DNA of 43,329 nucleotides from positions 1 to 43,329 of the forward strand of contig JAUCBJ010005303.1 of the NCBI GenBank assembly GCA_032718475.1, in the 5' to 3' direction. This document shows, piece after piece, positions 1 to 11,156 of the stretch; within the stretch, counting starts at the first letter, position 1; each line of letters begins with the position of its first letter. The stretch comes from Nemertoderma westbladi. Taxonomy: Eukaryota > Animalia > Xenacoelomorpha. Below the pieces are notes generated by a model. It saw only the letters and a list, made by a program, of their open reading frames with translations, searched no databases and had not been told where the DNA came from. The position numbers and the translations under genes are program-made.

Positions 1-315
1 CTGAATCGCATACAAATTATAATAATCATACTTATAATTTGTCCATAGTCAGTTAATTATATTAAAAATTTACATAATGTATTGAAAGTAATTGTTTTGT
101 ATTTTTGTTTTGTATTAAGTGGTTAATTTGCCCCGCCTGAGGCGTATTTTCCTCTCTAAATAATGTAGAAAGTAATTGATACATAAGACACCTAACACGC
201 TCTGAAAGAAAAAGCTGCTTACTATTCAATTAAACTAAACTATAACTTAACTAAACTACTTATCATACTTACAATATTTTTTTCTACTAATACAATTATT
301 TTTTACTTTTCACAG

Positions 316-2506
316 ATGGATAGGGACATATATAACGTTGTCCCAGAGTTTTACATGAACCCAACGACTGCCACACAGGTGATGGATCGGCCTCCGGTTA
401 TGGAGCGGAGCCATCTACCCGGTGTGGTAGTCAATGTCGTGACTTCGCATAAGAAGAAGTCGGTCGCGAAGTCGCAGCAGCAACCAGCTGCTAAACGGTT
501 GAAGACCGGATACTACTGCATGGCATTCGTCATGTAAGTGTGAACCCTTACTTATCCTATTATAATAATAACAATTTTGAATTAATATTGTGTTGTTTTT
601 ATCATATTTCCGTATTTGTTACAGTTATATGTTTTTAATATTATATTTATTCTATTGTTAATTAGGGCTCGTTTACATATTACTGTATGTAGTATATAAC
701 GTAGGTGGGTGATTTTGGAGAATTTTATTATGCGTTATAAGGGTGAGGTGGTAGGTTGGTTGGTTGATTGGTTTTCAACGTTATAATTACAGACTTTAAG
801 TTTCGTGATACATCATAAAACATTTTTTGTACCAACAGCACATATTTATTAGTGTTTTAAACGCAACTAAGTTTTTTTTCATTGTTAAGTAGTATAAACT
901 AATATTAAATAACGAAATATAACATTTTTCTGATTAGTTATGTGAAATATCATCTCAGGTACATTATAGCCAAAACTAAACCTTTTTTTAACTCTGGGAG
1001 TGGCAAAATCGAACACCGTATGGGAGGGAGGTGTTAAATAAATTGCAATTTTTTTGTTTTTTAGGGACCTATTGTCAGCAACGACCTTTGTTGTCATGCA
1101 GTTGACCCCCGCCGATGCCAAGAAGTTTTACCCTAATGGTATCGGCGTTGGGTCATTCATAGCTCTGTTGGAACCAGGATTCCGGGGGGTGGAGTCCACC
1201 CGGCTCCCCGTAATCACTACTCGACATGCCCCAATACACCTGCGCCGACCAGCCGAATTCCCCCAACAACTCGCCTTAGCAGAGGGATCTGCAGATCTTG
1301 GGGGGTTCTGTGTTTATATGCAGAACCTCCACATATCGGGGGTAGGTTGTAAAATTTATTACTTTAACTTAAAATTTATATTTATTTTTAATTATAAGGT
1401 AGTTTCTGACAGGGGGGGGGGGGGGGGGGCAATTGGTCATATAATATATTGTATTAATTATGTACAAGGGGTACACTCAGTTATGAATATTCCCACATTG
1501 TTTATTATAGGCGACAATGCAGAAAGTCTGTGGGGGGGCGGTTTGCCGCGGATTGAAGGGGACCGGCAACTGCCCCTGTTTCCGGACCTCACTTCCAATT
1601 GTATGGTCATTGGATTGTGACGTCGACTTGACTCCTCAATTTGATGGGGAAGGGCGACGTGTTCTGCCACACGTTTTTTCGTCGTGGCAGTTCACGTCCC
1701 TCTTTTTCTCCCTGGACCAACTAAGTGTAAGTGTTTTTTAATTTATGCATTTTGTATTATAGTTGAAAACAATAATTAAAGCTATTCAAAAATGATAAAA
1801 AATGGACATGTTATTGGCTTCCTATATGGATTACTGGACATTTCAGAAGGCAGTATATAAATATAATACTGCTTGTCCACAGTACCCTCTAAAAGTGGCA
1901 GCCCGCATAGGGCCCAGGATCTCGAAAGGGTTAATTTTATAATTAACTTATGTTTAATATTTTCAGGCGCCACCACGGATTATCCAAGACATCGACGCCC
2001 GTGACCACGTTAACAACCAATTGGATTTATACGCAGGCAGAGGGTGGTACATCCTCGGCTGGGGTAAGCCGGCTACCTCAGTCGATGGTGTACCTGAAGA
2101 CGCCCGAGTCCACATCACTCGAGTGATTCCGGCGGACCCTCTCTACCGTTTTGACGTTTACGTCGCCGGGGGCGGCGGAGGTGTTGCGGGAGCCGGGGGC
2201 GTCGGAGGTGTTGCGGGAGCCGGGGGCGTCGGAGGTGTTGCGGGAGCCGGGGGCGTCGGAGGTGTTGCGGGAGCCGGGGGCGTCGGAGGTGTTGCGGGAG
2301 CCGGGGGCGTCGGAGGTGTTGCGGGAGCCGGGGGCGTCGGAGGTGTTGCGGGAGCCGGGGGCGTCGGAGGTGTTGCAGGAGCCGGGGGCGTCGGAGGTAT
2401 TGCGGGAGCCGGGGGCGTCGGAGGTGTTGTGGGAGCCGGGGGCGGTGGAGGTGTTGCGGGAGCCGGGGGCGTCGGAGGTGTTGCGGGAGCCGGAGACGGT
2501 ATTTAA
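316..2506 (+). CDS. Spliced 4-exon gene (316-533, 1065-1341, 1511-1726, 1967-2506), 416 aa; putative tandem OB-fold protein with a Cys4 Zn site and Gly-rich tail
   Basis: Canonical GT-AG introns (AT|gtaagt...tttag|G, GGG|gtaggt...tatag|GCG, AGT|gtaagt...ttcag|GCG) with matching phases 2,0,0. Exons sum to 1251 nt (417 codons) with no internal stop. CGGAVC...CPC cluster in exon 3. A paralog at 39602-40416 has the same intron positions. The ATG directly follows an acceptor (ttttcacag|ATG), so an upstream exon may exist. The OB-fold assignment is inference. Confidence 0.75.
2163..2492 (+). repeat. 27-bp GC-rich minisatellite, ~12 copies, encoding (GGVAGAGGV)n within the last exon
   Basis: Unit gggagccgggggcgtcggaggtgttgc repeated in tandem. 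Confidence 0.95.
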
Positions 2507-2580
2507 CTCGTACTCATATACTTTATATACTCTTATATACTATAATATACTATAAAACTAACTTCTATATTAACACACAA

Positions 2581-2850
2581 TGTAACATTTACTAATGTCC
2601 CACGTTATTTGCAGTTGTTTCATAACATTTACTAATGTACCGCGCTATGTGCAATTGCTTTGTAACATTTACAAATGTACCACGCTATGTGCAATTGTTT
2701 TGTAACATTTACAAATGTACCACGCTATGTGTAATTGTTTTGTAACATTTACTAATGTCCCGCGTTATTTGCAGTTGTTTCATAACATTTACTAATGTCC
2801 CGCGTTATTTGCAATTGTTTCATAACATTTACTAATGTACCGCGCTATGT
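2581..2850. repeat. 40-bp tandem repeat, ~7 copies
   Basis: Unit approx. tgtaacatttactaatgtaccgcgctatgtgcaattgttt. Confidence 0.95.
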
Positions 2851-3224
2851 GCGCTATCGCTTCGAGGATTAGACTGCTTTTCGCAAGTTTGGGAGACACA
2901 AAATTCGTCCGCGAGCCGAAAACGGAACGACCCACGTCCGGTTTGTATTTGGGAATTTGCACAACTGGAAGATCAAAGGAGCGTAAGTTTTACGACTCGT
3001 GTCGTTCAAACTTAAGAGCACAGTAGTACTCAAAATTTGTGGGTTTCACTGTCTAATTAGTAGTGTTGTTGGTACTTATTTTCCCGTTAGACGTTGCTGT
3101 TTTGCCTATTATTTGTACTTGTTGATCTACATTTTGGTAACGTATACCGTTATCTCACTTATTCGTACAAATTTAGCCAGTAGGCTAGATTATTACATAT
3201 TTTATTATATACTTTGTTAATTTT

Positions 3225-3415
3225 ATTTGTACCGGTTAGGGTATATATATGATATATATATATATCAAGGTAAGTTTGACATTTGGACATTTCGACATTT
3301 TGACATTTCGACATTCTGACTTTGTTGATTTATTTGTACCGGTTAGGGTATATATATATGCTATATATACCAAGGTAAGTTTGACATTTCGACATTCCGA
3401 TACTTTGACATTTTA
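3225..3415 (+). repeat. Two imperfect ~100-bp direct repeats with (gacattt)-like subrepeats in the retrotransposon 5' UTR; each contains CAAG|GTAAGT
   Basis: tttatttgtaccggttagggtatatata...caaggtaagtttgacatt occurs twice (~3225 and ~3330). Confidence 0.8.
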
Positions 3416-3444
3416 TTACCCGTACTTGATGTATATAATAAGAC

Positions 3445-4464
3445 ATGAGTGACACACCACATTCGACTCGATACCCACCTACTGACTATGACTCGTGCGA
3501 CCCGGACAGATTGACAGTAGACGAACAGAGAATGAGAACCCGAGATTCCACCGATGTCACACCGCGTGCGTCGCCGGTACCCCGAACGGAAATACCGGAA
3601 GCCGCAATGCGTGGTGACGGCAGGATCGAGGATTTCCTTACAGTCCCGCAGACCAGGTCACGGGAACCAGACATGGTAAGCTTGGCGGGAAGCCAAGAAA
3701 ATGTCATTAGAAGTATAGGAGGACACATGACCCAGATTACTCGAAACCTCGGAGAAGGTTTTCGCGTTTTACGCGAGTTAACCGCCCCGATGTCGAGATA
3801 CGAGTTCTACACCTTACAGGTAAGGATAGAAAGTAGGGTACATGCCTCCGTAGATAAACTTAAAGCTTTACACGAACTTGCAGAGTTGCGTGGCGACAAC
3901 TTTACTCAGGTAAAGATAATAGACAATTTGGTAAGTGCGAGGGAAAGCCTTATCCAGTTTAAGTCAGTAATAAGATTGGCTCAACAGGAGCAGTTTGACC
4001 AACTGCTAGGTGAGTCAGTTTCGGATGCATTGTTACAACCCAAAGAGGAAGAAGAACTTTATTGCCTAGACGGGAGGTTGGAGACGCTCACCAATTTTCT
4101 TCGTAGAAACGGTGTACCGATCGAAGAACCGGAAGTCGAACTGCGAGGGACGACAAAAGTTCTTACTACGGAAGGCTCTCGAGCCTGCCAGAATCCACCG
4201 CTGGATAGATCATTCGTTAGTGTACGGAGCGACGTTGGCGACGTTAGTAGAACAGCGTCTGTAATTACTCTACAACAACAGGAAGTTGCACGCCGACAAC
4301 AAGTCGTCGAGGAAGAAGCGCAACGGCAGATGGCACAGATCGCCATCGAGGGAGAGAAACAGCATAGAGAGGATGAGGCACGGATTGCGCACTCTCGGGA
4401 CTCGGGATCGGGACGCAGACTCGGGATGAACACGCCGTACGATTCTTTACTCAAGAGGCTGTAG
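3445..4464 (+). pseudogene. gag: N-terminal part of BEL/Pao Gag (coiled-coil rich), truncated
   Basis: 339-aa ORF immediately upstream of pol, with E/Q-rich helical segments. No Gag zinc knuckles or protease are seen before the RT, implying an internal deletion near 4440-4540. Confidence 0.6.
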
Positions 4465-4539
4465 AGCCCAATTCCTACGATAAGGCCCTATCGGTAGAGG
4501 AATAAAGAGCCAAGCAGATCCAAGAGACAACTACACGTT

Positions 4540-7500
4540 TTCTTAAAGATCAAGGTAGATATGAGATCGGTCTACCTTTCCGAAAGCGAGAACCAAAGTT
4601 CGTAAACAACAGACCCTTGGCGGAGAAAAGAATTGCTCAACTACATCGACGCCTTACGGCAAATTCTTCAGCTAAAGAAATGTATCAAACGCAGTTGGAG
4701 AAATTTATTAGCAAGGGATATGCGGAGCTAGTACCGGAAGAAACACCTATAACTGAGAGAACGTGTTATTTAACTCACCATTACGTTCCCAAACCCGGTA
4801 AACCCCATGAGGTACGAGTGGTGTTTGACGGCTCCGCCCTCTATATGGGCCAATCCCTTAATTCTGAATTGTTACCCAGACCCAACTTACTCCAATCCTT
4901 GTTGGGAATACTCTTAAGATTAAGACAATATTAAATTGCTTTCGCCTCAGATATAGAAGGCATTTTCTTACAAGTCAAGGCGCTGGATAGGGATCGAGAT
5001 AGCCTACGATTTCTGTGGTGGCCTGAAGGAGACCTCAACCAGAAACCGGTGGAGTACTGGATGACCATCCAGGCTTTTGGGATAATCTCAAGCCCTTCAA
5101 ACGCCTGTTCCGTGGTGCGCACCACTGCGGATGATAACCGAGACGCCTTCTCTAAAGAGGTGATTGACAACATCAAGCGGGTTATATACATGGACGACAA
5201 TCTAAAGTCCCTTCCATCAGTCGAAGAAGCCATCGATGTCGCTAAAGGAACGGTAGAGTGCTTAAAAAGAGGAGGATTTCGATTAACTAAATTCACCAGC
5301 AACTCCCGTGAGTTTCTGGAGTCGATCCCGGTTGAAGATCGAGGAGCGAAAGACCTGGATCTAATAAAAGATGATCTCCCAGAAACTAAGAGCCTTGGTT
5401 TGAAATGGGACACCGAAAGAGATATCCTGTTTTTCCAACTAAAACAGCGAGATAATCCAGTTCGGACTAAACGGATTTGTTTAAGTATCCTGAGCACTTA
5501 TTTCGATCCATTGGGATTTATTAGCCCAGTTATATTGATTGCTCGGAGTTTAGTACAACAAATGTGGCTTGAAAACCACTCATGGGACGATCCACTTAAG
5601 GGAGAATTGTTAAAGAAGTGGATAAAATGGGAAGATTCTCTACCAGCCATCGAGAACTTTATAATTTCCCGTTCATATTTTGGTCATGTTCTCCCTACGT
5701 ATTCCTATCAACTCCATGTGTTTGGAGACGCCAGCGATATGGGAATAGGTATAGTAGCCTACCTAAGGGTGGAAACTCCGGACGGAATCAAAGTCGCCTT
5801 GGTTACCTCTAAGGCATTGATAAACAACAAGTTGAAAGTTCCTCGATCGGAGTTAAAAGCGGCTCTATACGCTACAGCCATCGGCCGGAATGTAACAGAA
5901 CAGATCGACTATCCACTGGAGAAAACTGTCTATTGGACCGACGCTTTACTCGTGTTGGAGTACTGTTGAAGTCTGTCAGTTCAGCGTCTTCGTTACCAAC
6001 AGAGTAGCCATTATACTCAGTCGCACTATGATGGATCAATGGAGACATTGCCCCGGAACGATTAATCCAGCAGACATCGCCTCCAGGGGAGCAACTCCAC
6101 AAGAACTGGTAGATACTCCAGACTGGCTAGGTGGACCCGACTTCCTCTACAAAGAAGAAGAAGAATGGCCTCCTCATCTTACTACCACAGAGATTAGACA
6201 AGCCAAGGGAGTGGAGAAAGTCAAACCTAAAACTCGGGCGAGTAAATCAAAATTATTCAAACCTATGGTAGACATACTACATACTGTACTACATACTTCC
6301 GGAGACGACGCTTTGGATCAGAAACCCACAGCCACAAATAAACTTGTGGAAATCCGTGAGAAGGATTGGAAATCTGGAATACCAGACGTCTCGCAAGGAC
6401 TCTCACCTCTTCTGCCTGCAGAGAGCGATACATCACTACAGTTCCTGGAATCGGCTCTGTAAGGCCGTTACATATTTAAAGAGATGTTTTCACCATCACT
6501 ACTCCGGGATGAAGGCCAAAGGTGATACCGCTCCAATAACATCAGTGCAGGTCCATGTTATTAAAGATCTTCCCAAATATAAGATACCCGACAGGTTTCT
6601 GAAGGAGAAGATCAGTTATCAGGAGCACGAAGAAACCAACAAGCAGATGCTGAGACTCCTGCAATGCTATGAGGATTCCGATAAGTATTTCCTGTTGTTG
6701 AGAAATCCACAGATGCACTTAAGGGATAGTTTCTCTAGCACAATGATAGATGGGTTGATACGTGTTGGAGGAAGATTAACGAATGCTCCATTATCCTTTG
6801 ACACTAAGTTTCCCATACTCATTAGAAATCTTGAAATACAAGTCAAGATGATTGTAGACGTTCACAGCAAACTTTATCATGCTGGTAGGGAACGAGTTCT
6901 TAGCGAAATTCGAACTCGCTATTATTTTTATAAACCCCGTAGAGCTCTGAACCAAGTTCTTAGGAACTGCATACCCTGTAGGAAAGCATTCAGTAGGCCT
7001 TTAACACAGCGAGAGGCAGAATTACCTAGGGAACGAGTAAGCTTAATACCGGTGTGGATTTATTTGGCCCTATTGAAGTATATCGTGCTAGGACTATAGT
7101 CAAGAGATGGTGTGTCATCTTTGTTTGTATGACTTGTAGAGCTATCCATCTCGACATGGTGAACGATTTATCTACCAACAGCTTTCTATTAAGCTTACGA
7201 CGACAGATCGCTCGCTTTGGCACTAGTAACACGATGAGATCTGATAAGGGAACAAACTTCATTGGTGCCAACAATGAAATCAAAGCTTACGTCAAAGATT
7301 GGAACCAAAGACAGGTGGACGATCAGCTACGAGTAACAGCGTCTAGCTGGACCTTCAACGCCGCCGACGCCCCTTGGTGGGGAGGAAGTTGGGAGAGATT
7401 AATAAGAAGTGTGAAAACCGCATTTCACTTTATAGTGCCGTGCCGCGCGTATCTCACCGACGAACTTTTGCGGACGTTAATGGAGGAAATCGCCGCCTAT

Positions 7501-7770
7501 CTCAACGAGAGACCGCTTATGCCAGTCTCATCGAGTCCCGATTCCCTGGATGCGCTAACACCCGCGCATTTCCTACTAAAGAAACCTGTAGCCATGCTCC
7601 CACAATCGGAAATCACAGACGGAGACGAATACTGTCGGCAAACTTGGCAACTCATGCAGTTGTTATCCCGTCGTTTCGCTGACCATTTCGAAAAACATTA
7701 TCTGCCCACGCTACAAACGGAACCGGAAACTATGGGAGGCAAGATACTCTTCCCACGACCACCTCCCTAA
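4540..7770 (+). pseudogene. pol: BEL/Pao Pol: RT, RNase H and integrase, disrupted by stops and frameshifts
   Basis: GRYEIGLPF...NNRPLAEKR; HHYVPKPGKPHEVRVVFDGSA; SDIEGIFLQV; YMDD; FDPLGFISP; LHVFGDAS; WRHCPGTINPADIASRG; integrase HHCC (HSKLYH...CIPC); DLFGP, RSDKGTNF, APWWGGSWERL. In-frame stop at 4932-4934; frameshifts near 5970, 6350-6460 and 7040. Confidence 0.95.
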
Positions 7771-9425
7771 TCCAACAAACATCTAGGGACTCCCCAACTT
7801 AACAACGGCTGGAGTGGGTATATGACTAGATTTTATATTTGTTTTATTCTTTTATATTTATGTATATATTATTATGTAATTTTATTAGAATCGTTTTCTT
7901 TAATTTTACTTAGTAGAACGTTATTTTAGCAATTATATAGTAGATTAGTGCAATATATATTCGCGTTTATTACTTAATTACTTATACATTATATATTTAG
8001 TGCGACGGCGAGAAATAATTCTTTTTCTCCTTCCTTACTGTCCGTATTACATTACAAATACGTAACTACAGTAAGATGAAATGTCCGTACTTATTAAAGT
8101 ACAATAAAGCTCCTACTATATTTAAGTATTATTGGTAGGCAGAGTATTAGGAATGCAAAATTCAGATCCTTGTGCCTCGCCTCTGGGTAGACCTTGGAAA
8201 CGACTTGCCTCTTCTCACTGATATTGCTTCGTGCGATACTGCTCTCATACCATATATTAAATAATACATATAGTAGCGTGATGTCCTTTTAACAGTAGCG
8301 TATAATGCAAAATAAATCTGTTAAACCCTTTGACCATCTGTAATTCTAGTCGATTAAGATATCGCGGCCCCCACCTATATACTTGAAAGACAAATTCTAG
8401 AATCAGTGGTTAACGTCCCCAGACAAGTTCTGGAATAAACTGGTGCCCATCCTGAATATTAATTATTAATATTTACAAAATCTGTCAAATTTTAGATCCT
8501 TTAAAATTCTAGTCGATTAAGATATCGTAGCACTTACCGATACTCTTAAAAGGACAAAATTCCTAGAATCTAGGATCCCAGTCCCCAGACACGTTCTGGA
8601 ATAAAATTACGTCTATTTAACATTAAATAATAAAATTTACGGGAATAAATTTAAATTCATATATTTCAATGAATTTAATAAATTGTCATTTTATACAATT
8701 TATAACATTCCCAAAATTCCATTAATTAATAGATCATGGGAGCGGAGATTCACTCTATTAAGTGTATTTGTGTGCGAGAATCTCCAATATATAGTCAATA
8801 GCCGATAAAATTCATAAAATCATATATAGAGAGGATATTGACAATTAAAGAATTACTATTAAATAGCATCCCAGATCTGTATGCATGAGAATTACCCTAA
8901 TTCTACCGCTAGCTTTCCATAATGTTACCATGGCAACAACCACGCTAGAATTAGAAGTGAGTTAAAAGAACAATAGAAAGCTTGCCCCATTGAATAGCAT
9001 AGGGAATAAATAGCGCACTGCTAGTATCCAAGGATACATAATAAATAAAGTGACATTCTGGAAGGTACTGACTAACGGAAAAATGGCCCGAATGTGTACA
9101 GTTTATGGCAGTTGTGTTGAATTTGTGCGTTCATAGGTGAATGTTACTGCTAAAGTGTGTTTACAGTAGCTAGTCGCAATTGTGAAAGTAGCCCTAACTC
9201 TCCAGAAAGAACCTGAAGTACATCTAAGCCTTTGGGACGGACAGTGGAGTGACTTGTGCCGGTTATCGTTGTCGTTGTGTAGCTACATCGTTGGCGAAAG
9301 CACAGCGACAACGGTACATCGGCGCTGAGGATCTTACACTGTCCGGGGGCAAAAGAGGGGTAGGCAGCGACGCCCGCTAGCCTAATATATAAACTCATTA
9401 TAATATTAATAAACTCATAGCAGAT

Positions 9426-11150
9426 ATGACTGAGTTGATAGAAGATGATCTTGGTATCAGGGAGCGATATACTCTACCTTTACAAGCGTTTGTCGATAGC
9501 TTGATACGCGGCGACGCTGGTCCAACTACTACGGAGGATGATGGTCGTTATATCGAACCGCCAATGTCCCAGGAGCAACTTACGCGTGAATTGGATTATA
9601 GAAAGTTCACCGCTCGATATACGCATCGTAATGGTACGTATATGGACTTCTTAACTACTGGCCATCCTATCGATTTACACGATACGGACGATGTAGACAC
9701 CGAAAGGGAAATGGTTTTATTTAAATATCATACCCAGCGGAGTCGGAACGATAAACCGAGAATAGAACACGAGAACTCTATTCGAAACAAACTCGAAAGG
9801 GAAGACGTTGAAGAGCCGGATAAACGCAGCGACTTTCACGATTATCTGGAATTCCTGAGAGAGACATATCTCAATATTGCCAGCCAACAAAATCTCGAAA
9901 CTAGATATCCTCAAGGTATACATCATGATCCTATGATAGAACTCAAACGACTCTATTTCACTATGATGTATCTTACCGCCGATCGACCGCTACCTGTCGT
10001 CCCAGATAGCTTCAAACAGATGGAGGAATATTGTAAAACTGGAGAACGATCACCCGCGTTTCCCCTGCAGGACGTGCGTCTTTGGTATTACTGCGACAAG
10101 TGCCCTAGACCCAATCAGCAAACGGAAAGACATAAACATCCGCGGAGACGTTGCGCTAAACACAGTTTTACAGGATATACTTTTGGGAGTTTCGAGCAAA
10201 ACCTGTTCGACGTATCCCCTACGGTCGCTCGACTCAAACGATCCTTGAACAAACCAATGATCAGAGTTCCGGAATACTCAGTCAGACCTCCTCATTCCTC
10301 AGTTAGACCTCAGACTCTTGATCCTAATAGTATCACGGATCCTCCCGAACTGTATTTGCTGTTCAAAGATCTAGTGTTACCCGAACAGTTGATCGGTGGC
10401 ACTCCAGTAGTAGGCTCACTAGATATTCGCCAACCCTACCTAGCTGGATTGGGACGCGGTCATCTAATATCGCCGTTTAACCCACACAACCGTCCCGGCT
10501 TCACCTCGATACAACCCGTTACGGAAGTCGAAGAGAGCGTCGTACAAAACGCGTTAGACGCTATTCGGCAGAAAATTGGAAAGGGAACTTACGATTGTTT
10601 GGAGAAACGTAAATTGCAACAACAAGTCCAAGCGGTGAAGGAATTAGCTTTACCCCAGTTCGATAGAGAAATACAAAATCTTGAGGAGGACATCGAACGT
10701 GGACGAACCTACTCTTTACAAGAGTTCCTAGATGAGCGTCTACAACAACAAGCGGAGGAAAATCAGCTCGAGGAGAGACATATAGAAATGGATGAGAGAG
10801 AAGAAGCAGCTTTAGCTCAACCCGAAGCTCAAATCCTTATGACGGATCTCTACTCCAAAACCATCCTTCATCCCTCGATGGTTCCCCATTTCAGAGACAA
10901 ACTCTTTGCGACGGTACAACCCCAACCGGTTGATATCAACCTAAGATCTCGAGATCTTATCGCTGACGCTCCCATGTTGCAACGTCCGCCCATCGAAGCC
11001 GCTCGTGTCGATGGTATACTCGTTGAACCTCCGGACAATAGAGCGGATCTTGTCCGTCGCATGGTACAAGATGTAAACATACGCGCTAGACCTTTACCGG
11101 ACTCGTTTTATGGGATCAAAGATCACCCTTATTACGTCAACCTAACATAA
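9426..11150 (+). CDS. Accessory ORF part 1 (574 aa), unknown function, with a Cys/His cluster and coiled-coil
   Basis: Long ORF containing YCDKCPRP...HKHPRRRCAKH and an E/Q-rich helix. In frame with the 11157 ORF across a single TAA (TAA TAT TAC ATG). Confidence 0.75.
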   Translation: MTELIEDDLGIRERYTLPLQAFVDSLIRGDAGPTTTEDDGRYIEPPMSQEQLTRELDYRKFTARYTHRNGTYMDFLTTGHPIDLHDTDDVDTEREMVLFKYHTQRSRNDKPRIEHENSIRNKLEREDVEEPDKRSDFHDYLEFLRETYLNIASQQNLETRYPQGIHHDPMIELKRLYFTMMYLTADRPLPVVPDSFKQMEEYCKTGERSPAFPLQDVRLWYYCDKCPRPNQQTERHKHPRRRCAKHSFTGYTFGSFEQNLFDVSPTVARLKRSLNKPMIRVPEYSVRPPHSSVRPQTLDPNSITDPPELYLLFKDLVLPEQLIGGTPVVGSLDIRQPYLAGLGRGHLISPFNPHNRPGFTSIQPVTEVEESVVQNALDAIRQKIGKGTYDCLEKRKLQQQVQAVKELALPQFDREIQNLEEDIERGRTYSLQEFLDERLQQQAEENQLEERHIEMDEREEAALAQPEAQILMTDLYSKTILHPSMVPHFRDKLFATVQPQPVDINLRSRDLIADAPMLQRPPIEAARVDGILVEPPDNRADLVRRMVQDVNIRARPLPDSFYGIKDHPYYVNLT

Positions 11151-11156
11151 TATTAC

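Noticed and set aside
1054-1620. 188-aa ORF as a single CDS
   Set aside because: It reads through an intron; only 1065-1341 is exonic, judging by splice sites and paralog comparison
2581-2850. CRISPR-like 40-bp repeats
   Set aside because: Head-to-tail tandem units without spacers
2560-2900. 5' LTR and primer-binding site of the BEL element
   Set aside because: No match to 13738-14188; the element abuts the 40-bp satellite and appears 5'-truncated
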